Source: Actinobacteria bacterium RBG_16_68_21 (GTDB lineage: Bacteria > Actinomycetota > Acidimicrobiia > Spongiisociales > UBA11373). From it: a DNA stretch of 53,391 bases. The notes beneath the pieces are model-generated. The model did no database searches and was not told where the DNA came from. It worked only from the letters and a program-made list of their open reading frames with translations. Each line of letters starts with the position of its first letter. The stretch's first letter is position 1. Below, one piece after another: positions 33,980-42,064 of this stretch. The stretch is taken from contig MELR01000023.1 in NCBI GenBank assembly GCA_001767695.1, positions 16,326 to 69,716 of the forward strand, read 5' to 3'. A program made the position numbers and the translations under genes.

Positions 33980-34513
33980 TTACTTGCGGACCGCCGAGCC
34001 GGCGCCCTTGTGCCGCTCGATCTCGGCGATGCGGATGTCCTCAACGGTCACGAACGCCGCAGGATTGACCGCGGACACGATCGCCAACGCTTCTTTGACC
34101 TTGCGCCGGGGGAGCACCAGGAAGTTGACCCGCACCTCACCGTCGCGGCCCTCGGCGTTGAGCACGGTGACCGGGTATCCGCTGTCGCGTAAAGAGTCGG
34201 CAACAGGGCTGTCATCGACGGAAGTCACGACCCGGATGAAAGCGGTGCCCATCGCCAGCCATCGCTCGATGTAGCCGCCGAGCAGCGTGCCGCTGGCGAA
34301 CCCGGCGGCGAAGGCGATCATGCGGACGGGGTCGTTGATGCCGCTGGAGAACACGATCGCCGCCGCCACCACCCAGAACAAGGACTCGAAGAAGCCCATC
34401 ACCGCCGCCAGGCCGATTCGCCCGCGCATGAGCGTGACGATGCGCACGCTCGAGATCGAGACGTCACCGATGCGCAGCAAGAAGATCGTGAGGGCGCCGA
34501 GTACGAGATCCAT
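33980..34513 (-). CDS. DUF2179/UPF0316 family membrane protein
   Basis: It has N-terminal TM helices (LRIGDVSISSVRIV) and a C-terminal DUF2179-like domain (GYPVTVLNAEGRDGEV). The start is ATG 34513. Confidence 0.7.
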   Translation of the reverse strand: MDLVLGALTIFLLRIGDVSISSVRIVTLMRGRIGLAAVMGFFESLFWVVAAAIVFSSGINDPVRMIAFAAGFASGTLLGGYIERWLAMGTAFIRVVTSVDDSPVADSLRDSGYPVTVLNAEGRDGEVRVNFLVLPRRKVKEALAIVSAVNPAAFVTVEDIRIAEIERHKGAGSAVRK

Positions 34514-34674
34514 GGCTCTTCCAAGAGACGGTCGGGCAGTGGGCGGAGGTTCCCAGGCTGACCAACATTGTCGTCTCCCGCGGCGCAGGAAGTGAAATCC
34601 CCCGGTAACCACGGATGCGGCCGGGCGGTCGAATCACACGCGGCATATCCTGGAATGCGGCTTGGAGGGGAATC

Positions 34675-35664
34675 GTGACAGATCGCATTGGTGTGCTCGG
34701 TTCTGGTTCGTACACGCCGTCCCGGGTGATGACCAACGCCGACTGGTCGGCGCTGATCGACACGACCGACGAGTGGATCGTCACCAGAACCGGCATTCAC
34801 GAGCGGCGGTTCGCCGCCGACGACGAGACCACTCTTGATCTCGCCGCCAACGCCGCCGAAAAGGCCCTGGCCGACGCCGGCCTGACCGCCGATGATCTCG
34901 ACGAGATCATCGTGGCTTCGGACACGCCTGAGGTGTACACGCCCGACACCGCCGCCTACCTCCAGCACCGCCTCGGGGCCCGGGAGATCACCGCCTATGA
35001 CCTCGGTGGCTCCGGGTGTGCCGGCTTCGTGCTGGCGCTCGACATCGCCAAGACTCGGGTGCAGGCGGTCTCCAAGAGGATCCTCGTCGTCGGGGTCGAA
35101 CTGATCTCGCGGCTCATGAACTGGACCGACCGCGCCACGTGCGTCCTATTTGGTGATGCCGCCGGCGCAGTGGTGATCGGCAGCGGCGCCGGGGTCAAAG
35201 CGGAGCTGCTCGCGGTCACAGCGGGGACCGACGGCAGCGCCGCCGACATCCTCACCCTGGAGACCGGAGGCACCCGGCGGCCCTTCAGCCTGGCGGAGGC
35301 GAAGAAGGGGGGCCAGCACGACATCGTGATGAACGGACGCGAGGTCTACCGCCAGGCGGTCCATCGGATGTCCGAGGCCGCCGAGAAGGTGCTCGCCCAG
35401 GCCGGCCGGCTCAAGGAGGAGATCGCGCTGGTGATCCCCCACCAGGCCAACCTGCGGATCATCGACGCGGTGCGGTCCAAGCTGGGTCTGCGTGAGGAGC
35501 AGGTGTACGTCAACGTCGACCGCTACGGCAACACCGGGTCGGCCACCGTGCCCCTGGCCCTCGACGAGGCTCGCCGCGAGGGGCGCATCGATCCCGGCGA
35601 CCTCGTGGTGCTCACCGCCTTCGGCGCCGGCTTCCACTGGGCCGCCGCCGCATTGCAGTTCTAG
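34675..35664 (+). CDS. fabH: beta-ketoacyl-ACP synthase III
   Basis: It has the Cys-His-Asn triad contexts GGSGCAGF, PHQANLRII and GNTGSAT, plus TDEWIVTRTGI. GTG 34675 is preceded by GGAGGGG. Confidence 0.9.
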   Translation: MTDRIGVLGSGSYTPSRVMTNADWSALIDTTDEWIVTRTGIHERRFAADDETTLDLAANAAEKALADAGLTADDLDEIIVASDTPEVYTPDTAAYLQHRLGAREITAYDLGGSGCAGFVLALDIAKTRVQAVSKRILVVGVELISRLMNWTDRATCVLFGDAAGAVVIGSGAGVKAELLAVTAGTDGSAADILTLETGGTRRPFSLAEAKKGGQHDIVMNGREVYRQAVHRMSEAAEKVLAQAGRLKEEIALVIPHQANLRIIDAVRSKLGLREEQVYVNVDRYGNTGSATVPLALDEARREGRIDPGDLVVLTAFGAGFHWAAAALQF

Positions 35665-35670
35665 AAGACG

Positions 35671-35737
35671 CCTTCCGCCTTCCGCCTTCCGCTTCGACTC
35701 TTGCGGGTAGCGGGTGCGGGTAGCCGGTGGCGGCGGC
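35671..35737. repeat. heptamer array CCTTCCG x3 then GGTAGCG/GGTGCGG/GTAGCCG/GTGGCGG
   Basis: Read directly from the sequence. It spans from 7 nt after the fabH stop to the MBL hydrolase stop codon (35738-35740). Confidence 0.85.
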
Positions 35738-36640
35738 TCAGGCCCGTCCTGCCAGCTCCTCGAGGCCCACTCTCAAGCGCTCGGGCCCGTCCCACCGCTC
35801 GCTCCCCTCGGGGAGCGGCAGTGAAGCGGGATCGGCCCCGGTGCGGACATCATCGACCATGGCGGCAACGTGGCGAAAATACGGCGCCAATTCTGCGGGC
35901 ACCTCGGGACCGGCCACCTTGCCGTGGCCGGGGATCACCACTGCGGGGCTGAGGAGGTTGATCCCCTCGAGGATCTCCGCCCACTTCTTCGGATGGCCGT
36001 CGACGACCCGGGGATGGATCCGCGTCCAGCACAGATCACCGGCCACCAGAAGGCGGTCCCCGGGAATCCACACGAAGACGTCGCTGTCGGTATGGCCCCC
36101 TCCGTAGGTGAGCACTTCGAGGGTGCGGTCACCGGTGATCACCAGTCTGTCGTCGAAGAGCACCGTGGGCAGGGTGAGGCGAAACCCGGGAGCGGCGAGT
36201 TTGATCTGCTCGACGCCGGCGATGCGGCGCCGGATTGTCTCCTGCGCGGCTTCATCGTTCGACTCCAGTTGGGCAGTGAGTGACGCCAGGTAGCCGTCGA
36301 TCTCCACCTCGTAGGCACCCAGGTCGGTGGGGGCGTTGGCCACCATCAAATCGAGGGTTGCCCGGGTCGAGACGATCGGTGCTTCGCCGAATGCCTGATT
36401 GCCCTGCGTGTGATCGCTGTGCCAATGGGTGTTGACCACCAGGAAGGCGCTCCGGCCGGTGAGCTCCCCGGCGGCTGTCCGGAGATCCTCGGCGGCCTGG
36501 GCGGTCTGAAACGTGTCGACCACGACGGTCTGTCGACCAGTGTCGATGATCGTGGCGTTGCCGACCGCGGCCCCGGTGGTGCCGGCGATGGCGGCGTGGA
36601 CTCCGGGTGCGACCTCTGCGACTGTGAAATGCTCGAACAT
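35738..36640 (-). CDS. MBL fold metallo-hydrolase
   Basis: It has the HWHSDHTQGN (HxHxDH) motif and downstream His/Asp ligands. Confidence 0.8.
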   Translation of the reverse strand: MFEHFTVAEVAPGVHAAIAGTTGAAVGNATIIDTGRQTVVVDTFQTAQAAEDLRTAAGELTGRSAFLVVNTHWHSDHTQGNQAFGEAPIVSTRATLDLMVANAPTDLGAYEVEIDGYLASLTAQLESNDEAAQETIRRRIAGVEQIKLAAPGFRLTLPTVLFDDRLVITGDRTLEVLTYGGGHTDSDVFVWIPGDRLLVAGDLCWTRIHPRVVDGHPKKWAEILEGINLLSPAVVIPGHGKVAGPEVPAELAPYFRHVAAMVDDVRTGADPASLPLPEGSERWDGPERLRVGLEELAGRA

Positions 36641-36675
36641 CCCCCGACGCTACGCCGGAATGGGGGTCGCCGGGG

Positions 36676-36897
36676 TCACTGCCCGCTGGGGGCGGGGATG
36701 CGCGCCGGGCGGGGGACCGGCTGGAAATGCGTCCAGCAGTGCTCGTTCTTGTTGTACGCGGAGAGTCGCGTGGTGCAACCTCGGGCGGCGCAGACCCGGT
36801 CGGCGCCGTAGGTCTTGCGGGGCCTGCCTCCGTACAGCTTGGAGATGCTGTGGTCGCTCACGGCACCAACCTTGCCATGAATTCGCGAGTTACTCAA
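36676..36897 (-). CDS. small Cys/His-containing basic protein
   Basis: A 60-73-aa ORF with the pattern C-x4-C-x11-C-x2-H (CAARGCTTRLSAYNKNEHCWTH). The start is TTG 36897 or GTG 36861. I do not recognise the family. Confidence 0.45.
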   Translation of the reverse strand: MSNSRIHGKVGAVSDHSISKLYGGRPRKTYGADRVCAARGCTTRLSAYNKNEHCWTHFQPVPRPARIPAPSGQ

Positions 36898-36971
36898 AGG
36901 CGATTCGCCATCGGGGATGGGCCATTCGACGCAACGGAGGGAGCTGGGAGGCGACGCGGCCGGTCTCTTAC

Positions 36972-36999
36972 CGGAAACTGGAAACGGGAAAGTCGAAAC
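36972..36999. repeat. heptamer array CGGAAAC/TGGAAAC/GGGAAAG/TCGAAAC
   Basis: Read directly from the sequence. Confidence 0.8.
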
Positions 37000-37050
37000 C
37001 CCTGAGATTCACAACCCTCCGATCCGCCTTGTGCCAATATGGCGTCACGA

Positions 37051-37151
37051 AGAAAGGAGGTGGTCCGAAGGTGATAGCCAGTCTTTACGGGACTTCGGAG
37101 GTGGTCGGGCGCTAGGACGACCATCCCTGGGGTGGTCGTCCTCGGGCTTTT
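37051..37151 (+). other. candidate small transcript: 16-nt anti-16S-tail complement, 14-codon ORF, intrinsic terminator
   Basis: AGAAAGGAGGTGGTCC lies at 37051-37066. A GTG ORF at 37071-37115 encodes MIASLYGTSEVVGR. A second GGAGGTGGTC lies at 37097-37106, followed by the terminator. Confidence 0.35.
37114..37151 (+). terminator. rho-independent terminator
   Basis: A perfect 10-bp stem AGGACGACCA/TGGTCGTCCT with a 9-nt loop is followed by CGGGCTTTT. Confidence 0.6.
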
Positions 37152-37255
37152 CCGAAGGCGGCGACTCCAACCCGGACCACCGGAGTCGGGAGATCCGCGA
37201 GCTGGTCCTCTCGCGGCGGCGGCAACGCCGAAGCATCTCCCGGCTCTTCCGCGTC

Positions 37256-37297
37256 TACGGCGCACCGGCTGCCGGCGTCCGGCTACCGGCAAGACCC
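37256..37297. repeat. heptamer array (NNCCGGC): TACGGCG/CACCGGC/TGCCGGC/GTCCGGC/TACCGGC/AAGACCC
   Basis: Read directly from the sequence. It is closely related to the 16841-16861 segment. Confidence 0.75.
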
Positions 37298-37340
37298 TGC
37301 TGACGCCCGATCTGCGGGGGTCTGCAGAGCGGGCAGCGGG

Positions 37341-37811
37341 TTAGATCGCCCAGCTTCTTTCCACCGGTCCCAGCTCCACTGAGAGCAGATACTGGGGACC
37401 TTCCTCGGGATCGTTGATGGGCCCACCGGCTCGGTGGAAGCCGAGCCTCTCGAAGAAACCGTAGGCGCCGACCCGGGCGAGGCACCATGCCACCTGATCG
37501 GCGGTGGCCGAGGCGTGCTCGAGGCAGCGCTGCAACATCCACGCTCCCACCCCCCGGCCGCGGTGGCCATGTTCCACGGCGATGTCGCGGATCCGCCATG
37601 CCCCGGTCTGGGTACCCGAGGGCATGGGCTGGGGATGGACCGTGGCGACGCCGACCAGGACCCCGTCCTTGAACGCTCCGATGTGCAGCGCCGCCGGATG
37701 GGAGTCGGCCTCGTAGTCCACTGCGGCGAGGGGAAGTGCCGGGTGGAGCAACGCGCGGCGCAAGGGCCGCGCCTCAGCCGGCTCGATCCGCTGGAGTTCG
37801 TAGTCGCTCAT
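37341..37811 (-). CDS. GNAT family N-acetyltransferase
   Basis: It has an acetyl-CoA binding motif (VEHGHRGRGVGAWML). Length is 156 aa. Confidence 0.8.
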   Translation of the reverse strand: MSDYELQRIEPAEARPLRRALLHPALPLAAVDYEADSHPAALHIGAFKDGVLVGVATVHPQPMPSGTQTGAWRIRDIAVEHGHRGRGVGAWMLQRCLEHASATADQVAWCLARVGAYGFFERLGFHRAGGPINDPEEGPQYLLSVELGPVERSWAI

Positions 37812-37832
37812 GGATACCCCCGCACGGTCACG

Positions 37833-38132
37833 CTACCCCCCGTCCCCGGCTTGTAGGGCCGCGGTCTGCTGCTCGTCGAGGCGGGACAGCACTTGGCTGT
37901 CTTCGGTGCCGGGCACGATGAACTCGTAGTCCGTGTCGTATCGGAAATGGTCGCCGCAGGAGGGGCATCGCAGTAGCTTGTGCAGGCGGCTGCCGTCGCT
38001 ACCCAGATCCTGGACCTCGATGAGCCGATCGATCGCCCCCGGGATGAAGGTGCTCTCCTCGGGCCATCCCCCCTTCTGGGCACCGTATTCCCGGTCGCCG
38101 AGCTCGCCGCACACCGCGCAGGTTGTGGCCAC
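37833..38132 (-). CDS. zinc-ribbon hypothetical protein
   Basis: It has CAVC near the N-terminus and CPSC about 50 residues later. The GTG start is preceded by GGAGAGGGA. It lies 4 nt downstream of the AcnX small subunit gene. Confidence 0.55.
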   Translation of the reverse strand: MATTCAVCGELGDREYGAQKGGWPEESTFIPGAIDRLIEVQDLGSDGSRLHKLLRCPSCGDHFRYDTDYEFIVPGTEDSQVLSRLDEQQTAALQAGDGG

Positions 38133-38136
38133 CTCG

Positions 38137-38553
38137 CTATCCCTCTCCGACTGCGGGGAAAGCGACTCCCGCGGGGGTGATGGTCACCTCTTCGTCGGGT
38201 CGGAGACGTGAGTAGGTGTCCCCGTCGGCGACCACCACCGGGCACGTGATCCCGTAGAGTTCCTCGGCGACCAGGGCGCCCACCAGCACGATGTCGTCCG
38301 ACTCGCCGAGGATGATCGCCGCCGGGGCCGTTCCCAAACGAATCGCCTCGGCGAGGACGCTGGAAGACGATGACGACCCGCGGCCTGCCGGCATGACGAG
38401 CACCCGGCCGGCGGCGTTGAGTCCCGCCTGGGGATGGCGTCGATCGATGATCTCGCCGGTCTCCGGATCGAGCCCGCCCCACATCGACAGCGGTTCGTCC
38501 AACAGCAGCACCCGGCCGACGGCGTTTCCCTTCAGCAGCATCCGCTCAGCCAC
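38137..38553 (-). CDS. aconitase X swivel-domain protein (DUF126)
   Basis: It has GRVLLLDEPLSMWGGLDPETGEIID and MPAGRGSSSSS motifs typical of DUF126. It overlaps the DUF521 gene by 8 nt. Confidence 0.8.
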   Translation of the reverse strand: MAERMLLKGNAVGRVLLLDEPLSMWGGLDPETGEIIDRRHPQAGLNAAGRVLVMPAGRGSSSSSSVLAEAIRLGTAPAAIILGESDDIVLVGALVAEELYGITCPVVVADGDTYSRLRPDEEVTITPAGVAFPAVGEG

Positions 38554-39811
38554 TCCACACCGCCTCGTCCCGAATGATGGCGCCCGCCATCGCCGAATCC
38601 ACGCAGTCGATCAGGCTCCCGAAGGCGACTTCGACGCCGATGTTCCCCGGGGCGTACCACGCCCACTTGCCCGAGTTGGTCATGACGATCCCGTTCCGGC
38701 CGCGAAGCACCGGGGTGATGTAGGTGCAGGTGTCGGTGACGATGTCGATCCCGGCGAGGCGCAACGTATGAACGGTGCCCTCGGCAGCGGCGGCCGCGAG
38801 CACCTCCCGGCTGGTGTTGACGTAGAACTCGACGCCGGGAGCGACCTGCCGTCCAGACACCAGGGCGGCCAGTGATCGGAACTCCTCCAGTGAGAAGTGG
38901 GGGGTTCCGACGCTCACTGCGGTGAGAACACCATCGAGGTGGGTGGTGAGTTCGTCGCGGGCGGCGCGGAGCGCGGCGAGATCGACGTCGATGACCTGCT
39001 CGGGCGCCGCCCCGCCCAGTGCCGCCTCCAAAGTGGGGGCCTCCGGGGTGGTCCCCACTGCGTGGAACATCGCCACCCCGCCAGACGAGGCCGCCGCCGC
39101 CCCGAATGCCTTGAGGGCGTCTTCGGGCACTCCCGGCGGCAATCCGACGATCGCCGGGACCTTGGTGCCTGTGGCCCGGCCGATCAGGTGGCCGAGTACC
39201 GGGTAGAGGACCTCGGCGGACGCCAGACGATCGGGGACGCCGACGAGTCGAAAGACCACCCGGGCTCGGCGATGCTCATCGAGATGCAGCCCGGTTTCGG
39301 GGACGCGGCCGGTGAGGGCGGCGCAGATGTCGATGAAGTCGCCGTATCGATCGGTGCGGGCGCCGAGCACGGAATTGGCGAACACGATCGCATTCGACTC
39401 GGCCCAGGCGATGTGCTCGCCAAGAGCGGGGCGCCGCGGGGACTGGTACGGGGCACAGGTCCACGTCGGTGTTCCCCCCATCGCGGTGTATGCCGCCATC
39501 AGGCGCCGGCCACGATCGCGCAACCGGTCGTCGGCGTGAACCAGATCGGGGTGAAGCAGGTCGAGGGAGGAGACGTTGAGCGTTGTCGGAACCGCGACCC
39601 GGCCTCCCGTGGCGGCGAGGCGTTCGGCGAAGTCGAGGCCCGCCTCGCCGTGGTAGAGGCACGAGTCGACATGGGCGGAGGTGATGTCGATGAAGCGGAG
39701 CGCTCCGTCGGCTGCGGCGACGTGTGTCAGGATCCGCATGGCAAGGGCGGGCGCTTGGCCGTGCACGCCGGCCGCCATCTCTCGGTCGTGCTCGCTGAGC
39801 GTGAGTTCCAT
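38546..39811 (-). CDS. aconitase X catalytic-domain protein (DUF521)
   Basis: The N-terminus (LTLSEHDREMAAG...ALAMRIL...ITSAHVDSCLY) and its length match DUF521. Confidence 0.8.
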   Translation of the reverse strand: MELTLSEHDREMAAGVHGQAPALAMRILTHVAAADGALRFIDITSAHVDSCLYHGEAGLDFAERLAATGGRVAVPTTLNVSSLDLLHPDLVHADDRLRDRGRRLMAAYTAMGGTPTWTCAPYQSPRRPALGEHIAWAESNAIVFANSVLGARTDRYGDFIDICAALTGRVPETGLHLDEHRRARVVFRLVGVPDRLASAEVLYPVLGHLIGRATGTKVPAIVGLPPGVPEDALKAFGAAAASSGGVAMFHAVGTTPEAPTLEAALGGAAPEQVIDVDLAALRAARDELTTHLDGVLTAVSVGTPHFSLEEFRSLAALVSGRQVAPGVEFYVNTSREVLAAAAAEGTVHTLRLAGIDIVTDTCTYITPVLRGRNGIVMTNSGKWAWYAPGNIGVEVAFGSLIDCVDSAMAGAIIRDEAVWSG

Positions 39812-39913
39812 GGCCTCGTCAGTCTGCCGGGGGATGGGCCGGGGTGCGACTTGCGGCGCGAGTCGTTCCGTCCGGGTAAACTACATCTGTGTAAGCAGAA
39901 AGGGGAATGGCTC

Positions 39914-40291
39914 GTGGTGCTCACCGAGGCGGCGGAGCGGGCAACTCATCACACGGCTGCGGCCACCGCCGCGTCGATTCACCTCCACTTCGAAGGATCC
40001 GTGGTCGAGACACCGCTGGCGGGCTTCGTCGGCAACCCCGATCTGGATGGCGTCGCAGTCGTGGCCCCGGAGCGGGGGATCGTCGAGTGGTTCCCCAGCG
40101 ATCTCCAGGCACTCGAACCACTGGCGGCGATGTCCCGGGCATCGGCCGGACCGGAATGGCAAGTGTCGGTGATCGTGCCCGCGGGCCGCATGGGGGAGGC
40201 GCATCGAGCCTTGCGGGGTGCGCCGGTCACGCTGCAGCCGTGGTGGTTCGACGACGAAAGCGTTCGCTTCGGGGGTCCCGAAGTACCCTGA
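39914..40291 (+). CDS. hypothetical protein
   Basis: A 125-aa ORF from GTG 39914, with GAAAGGGGA upstream. It is divergent from the AcnX operon. I recognise no family. Confidence 0.45.
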   Translation: MVLTEAAERATHHTAAATAASIHLHFEGSVVETPLAGFVGNPDLDGVAVVAPERGIVEWFPSDLQALEPLAAMSRASAGPEWQVSVIVPAGRMGEAHRALRGAPVTLQPWWFDDESVRFGGPEVP

Positions 40292-40296
40292 CGGGT

Positions 40297-41247
40297 ATGC
40301 CCGTACCGCTGTTCACGCAAACGGTCATTGCCTTCCTCTGGGATTTCGACCGGACGCTGATTCTCGGGAATCAGCAGGAACCGCTCTTCGATGCGTACGG
40401 GATCGACGGGGCGAAGTTCTGGAGCGAGGTGGACGGGCTGGTCGACCACTACGCCCGGCGGGGCGTGCCTGTATCCAGAGACGCCGCCTATCTGCTCCAC
40501 ATCCTCGCCTATGTAGAGGCCGGCGTGTTCGCCGATCTGACCAACGCCCGGCTGCGCGAGTTGGGTGCCCGCATCACCCCCGCTCCGGGCGTGCCCGAAG
40601 TCCTCGAGGCACTCCGCGACCGGGCGTCCGCCGAGCCGCGGTACTCCGCCGAGGGAATCACCGTCGAGCACTACGTCGTGTCCACCGGAATCAAGCCGAT
40701 GATCGAGGGGAGCGTCATCGCCCCCCACCTCGACGGGATATGGGCCAACACCTTTATCGAGCGCCTTGCACCGCCGGGCTACCGGGAACGACTCGACGTG
40801 GAGCCGGGCGAGCACCCGATCAGTCACCTCGGCTACATGATCGACAACACCGCCAAGACGCGGGCGATATTCGAGATCAACAAGGGCGTCAACAAGAATC
40901 CGACACTCGACGTGAACGCCCGCATGGGCCAGGAGCAGCGGCGGGTGCCGATCCGCAACATGATCTACATCGCCGACGGGCCCAGTGACGTTCCCTGCTT
41001 TTCGATCGTGAATGAACGGGGAGGCAAGACCCTCGGCGTGTACACCACGGAGCCGAAGAGCAACTTCCGGGGAGTGCGCGACCTGCAGGAGCAGGGTCGC
41101 ATCCAGGGCATGGCGGAGGCGGACTTCCGCGAGGGCAGAGCGGCATACCTATGGCTGATGGATTCGCTCGACCAGATCGCCGACGGCATTCTGGAAGATC
41201 GCGGCCGGGCGTTCGCCGACATACCCCGGCCCCCGGGTCACGTCTGA
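40297..41247 (+). CDS. HAD-like hydrolase
   Basis: It has motif I FLWDFDRTL (DxDxT) and motif IV IADGPSD. Length is 316 aa. Confidence 0.65.
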   Translation: MPVPLFTQTVIAFLWDFDRTLILGNQQEPLFDAYGIDGAKFWSEVDGLVDHYARRGVPVSRDAAYLLHILAYVEAGVFADLTNARLRELGARITPAPGVPEVLEALRDRASAEPRYSAEGITVEHYVVSTGIKPMIEGSVIAPHLDGIWANTFIERLAPPGYRERLDVEPGEHPISHLGYMIDNTAKTRAIFEINKGVNKNPTLDVNARMGQEQRRVPIRNMIYIADGPSDVPCFSIVNERGGKTLGVYTTEPKSNFRGVRDLQEQGRIQGMAEADFREGRAAYLWLMDSLDQIADGILEDRGRAFADIPRPPGHV

Positions 41248-41259
41248 AAGGAGCACGCA

Positions 41260-42024
41260 ATGCAGATGAAGGGTGCCAAGGCCCTGATAACCGGAGGTGC
41301 CAGCGGCCTCGGTGAGGCGACGGCGCGCCGGTTCGCCGCGGCCGGCGCCGATGTCACCTTGCTCGACATCCCGCAATCGAACGGGATCGAGGTGGCAGAG
41401 CAGATCGGAGGGCGCTTTGTCGCCGCCGATGTGGCCGTGACCGCCGAGGTGGCGGCAGCGGTGGCGGCCGCCGCCGAGGCTATGGGTGGGATCCATCTCT
41501 GTCTCAACGCCGCCGGCATAGCTTCGGCGCATCGGATCATCGCTCGCTCGGGGGAGCTGTTCCCGATCGAGCTCTACGAGCGGGTCCTCAAGGTCAACCT
41601 CATCGGCACTTTCGATGTGCTCCGCCACGCCGCCCAGCACATGGCCGAGAACACCCCCACCGACGACGGAGAGCGCGGCGTGATCGTCAATGTCGCCTCG
41701 ATCGCGGCGACCGAGGGACAGATCGGCCAGGCTGCTTACTCGGCTTCCAAGGGTGGCGTGATGGCGATGACTCTCCCACTCGCCAGGGATCTCGCCTCCT
41801 ATGGCATCCGGGTGAACACGATCGCCCCGGGGATCATGGAGACGCCGATGATTGCCGGGATGAGCGACGAAGTGCGCGAATCCCTGTCCCATGTGCACGC
41901 CTTTCCCAAGCGCCTCGGACGGCCCGAGGAATTCGCCGCTCTGGTGCAGCACCTGTTCGAGAACACGTTGATCAACGGGGAGACGGTTCGTCTCGACGCC
42001 GCTGCCAGGATGGGGCCGCGGTAG
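41260..42024 (+). CDS. SDR family oxidoreductase (3-hydroxyacyl-CoA dehydrogenase type-2-like)
   Basis: It has the TGGASGLG cofactor motif and the YSASKGGV catalytic YxxxK motif. Confidence 0.8.
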   Translation: MQMKGAKALITGGASGLGEATARRFAAAGADVTLLDIPQSNGIEVAEQIGGRFVAADVAVTAEVAAAVAAAAEAMGGIHLCLNAAGIASAHRIIARSGELFPIELYERVLKVNLIGTFDVLRHAAQHMAENTPTDDGERGVIVNVASIAATEGQIGQAAYSASKGGVMAMTLPLARDLASYGIRVNTIAPGIMETPMIAGMSDEVRESLSHVHAFPKRLGRPEEFAALVQHLFENTLINGETVRLDAAARMGPR

Positions 42025-42062
42025 GGCCGGTAATCCGGCAGCGGGCGGCGGGTAGCCTCTTG
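42025..42062. repeat. short degenerate heptad tract (GGCCGGT/AATCCGG/CAGCGGG/CGGCGGG/TAGCCTC)
   Basis: The whole 40-bp SDR-plsB spacer tiles as about 5.5 heptads. It contains GCGGGTAGC and GCCTCTTG, which are shared with other arrays. Confidence 0.35.
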
Positions 42063-42064
42063 CC

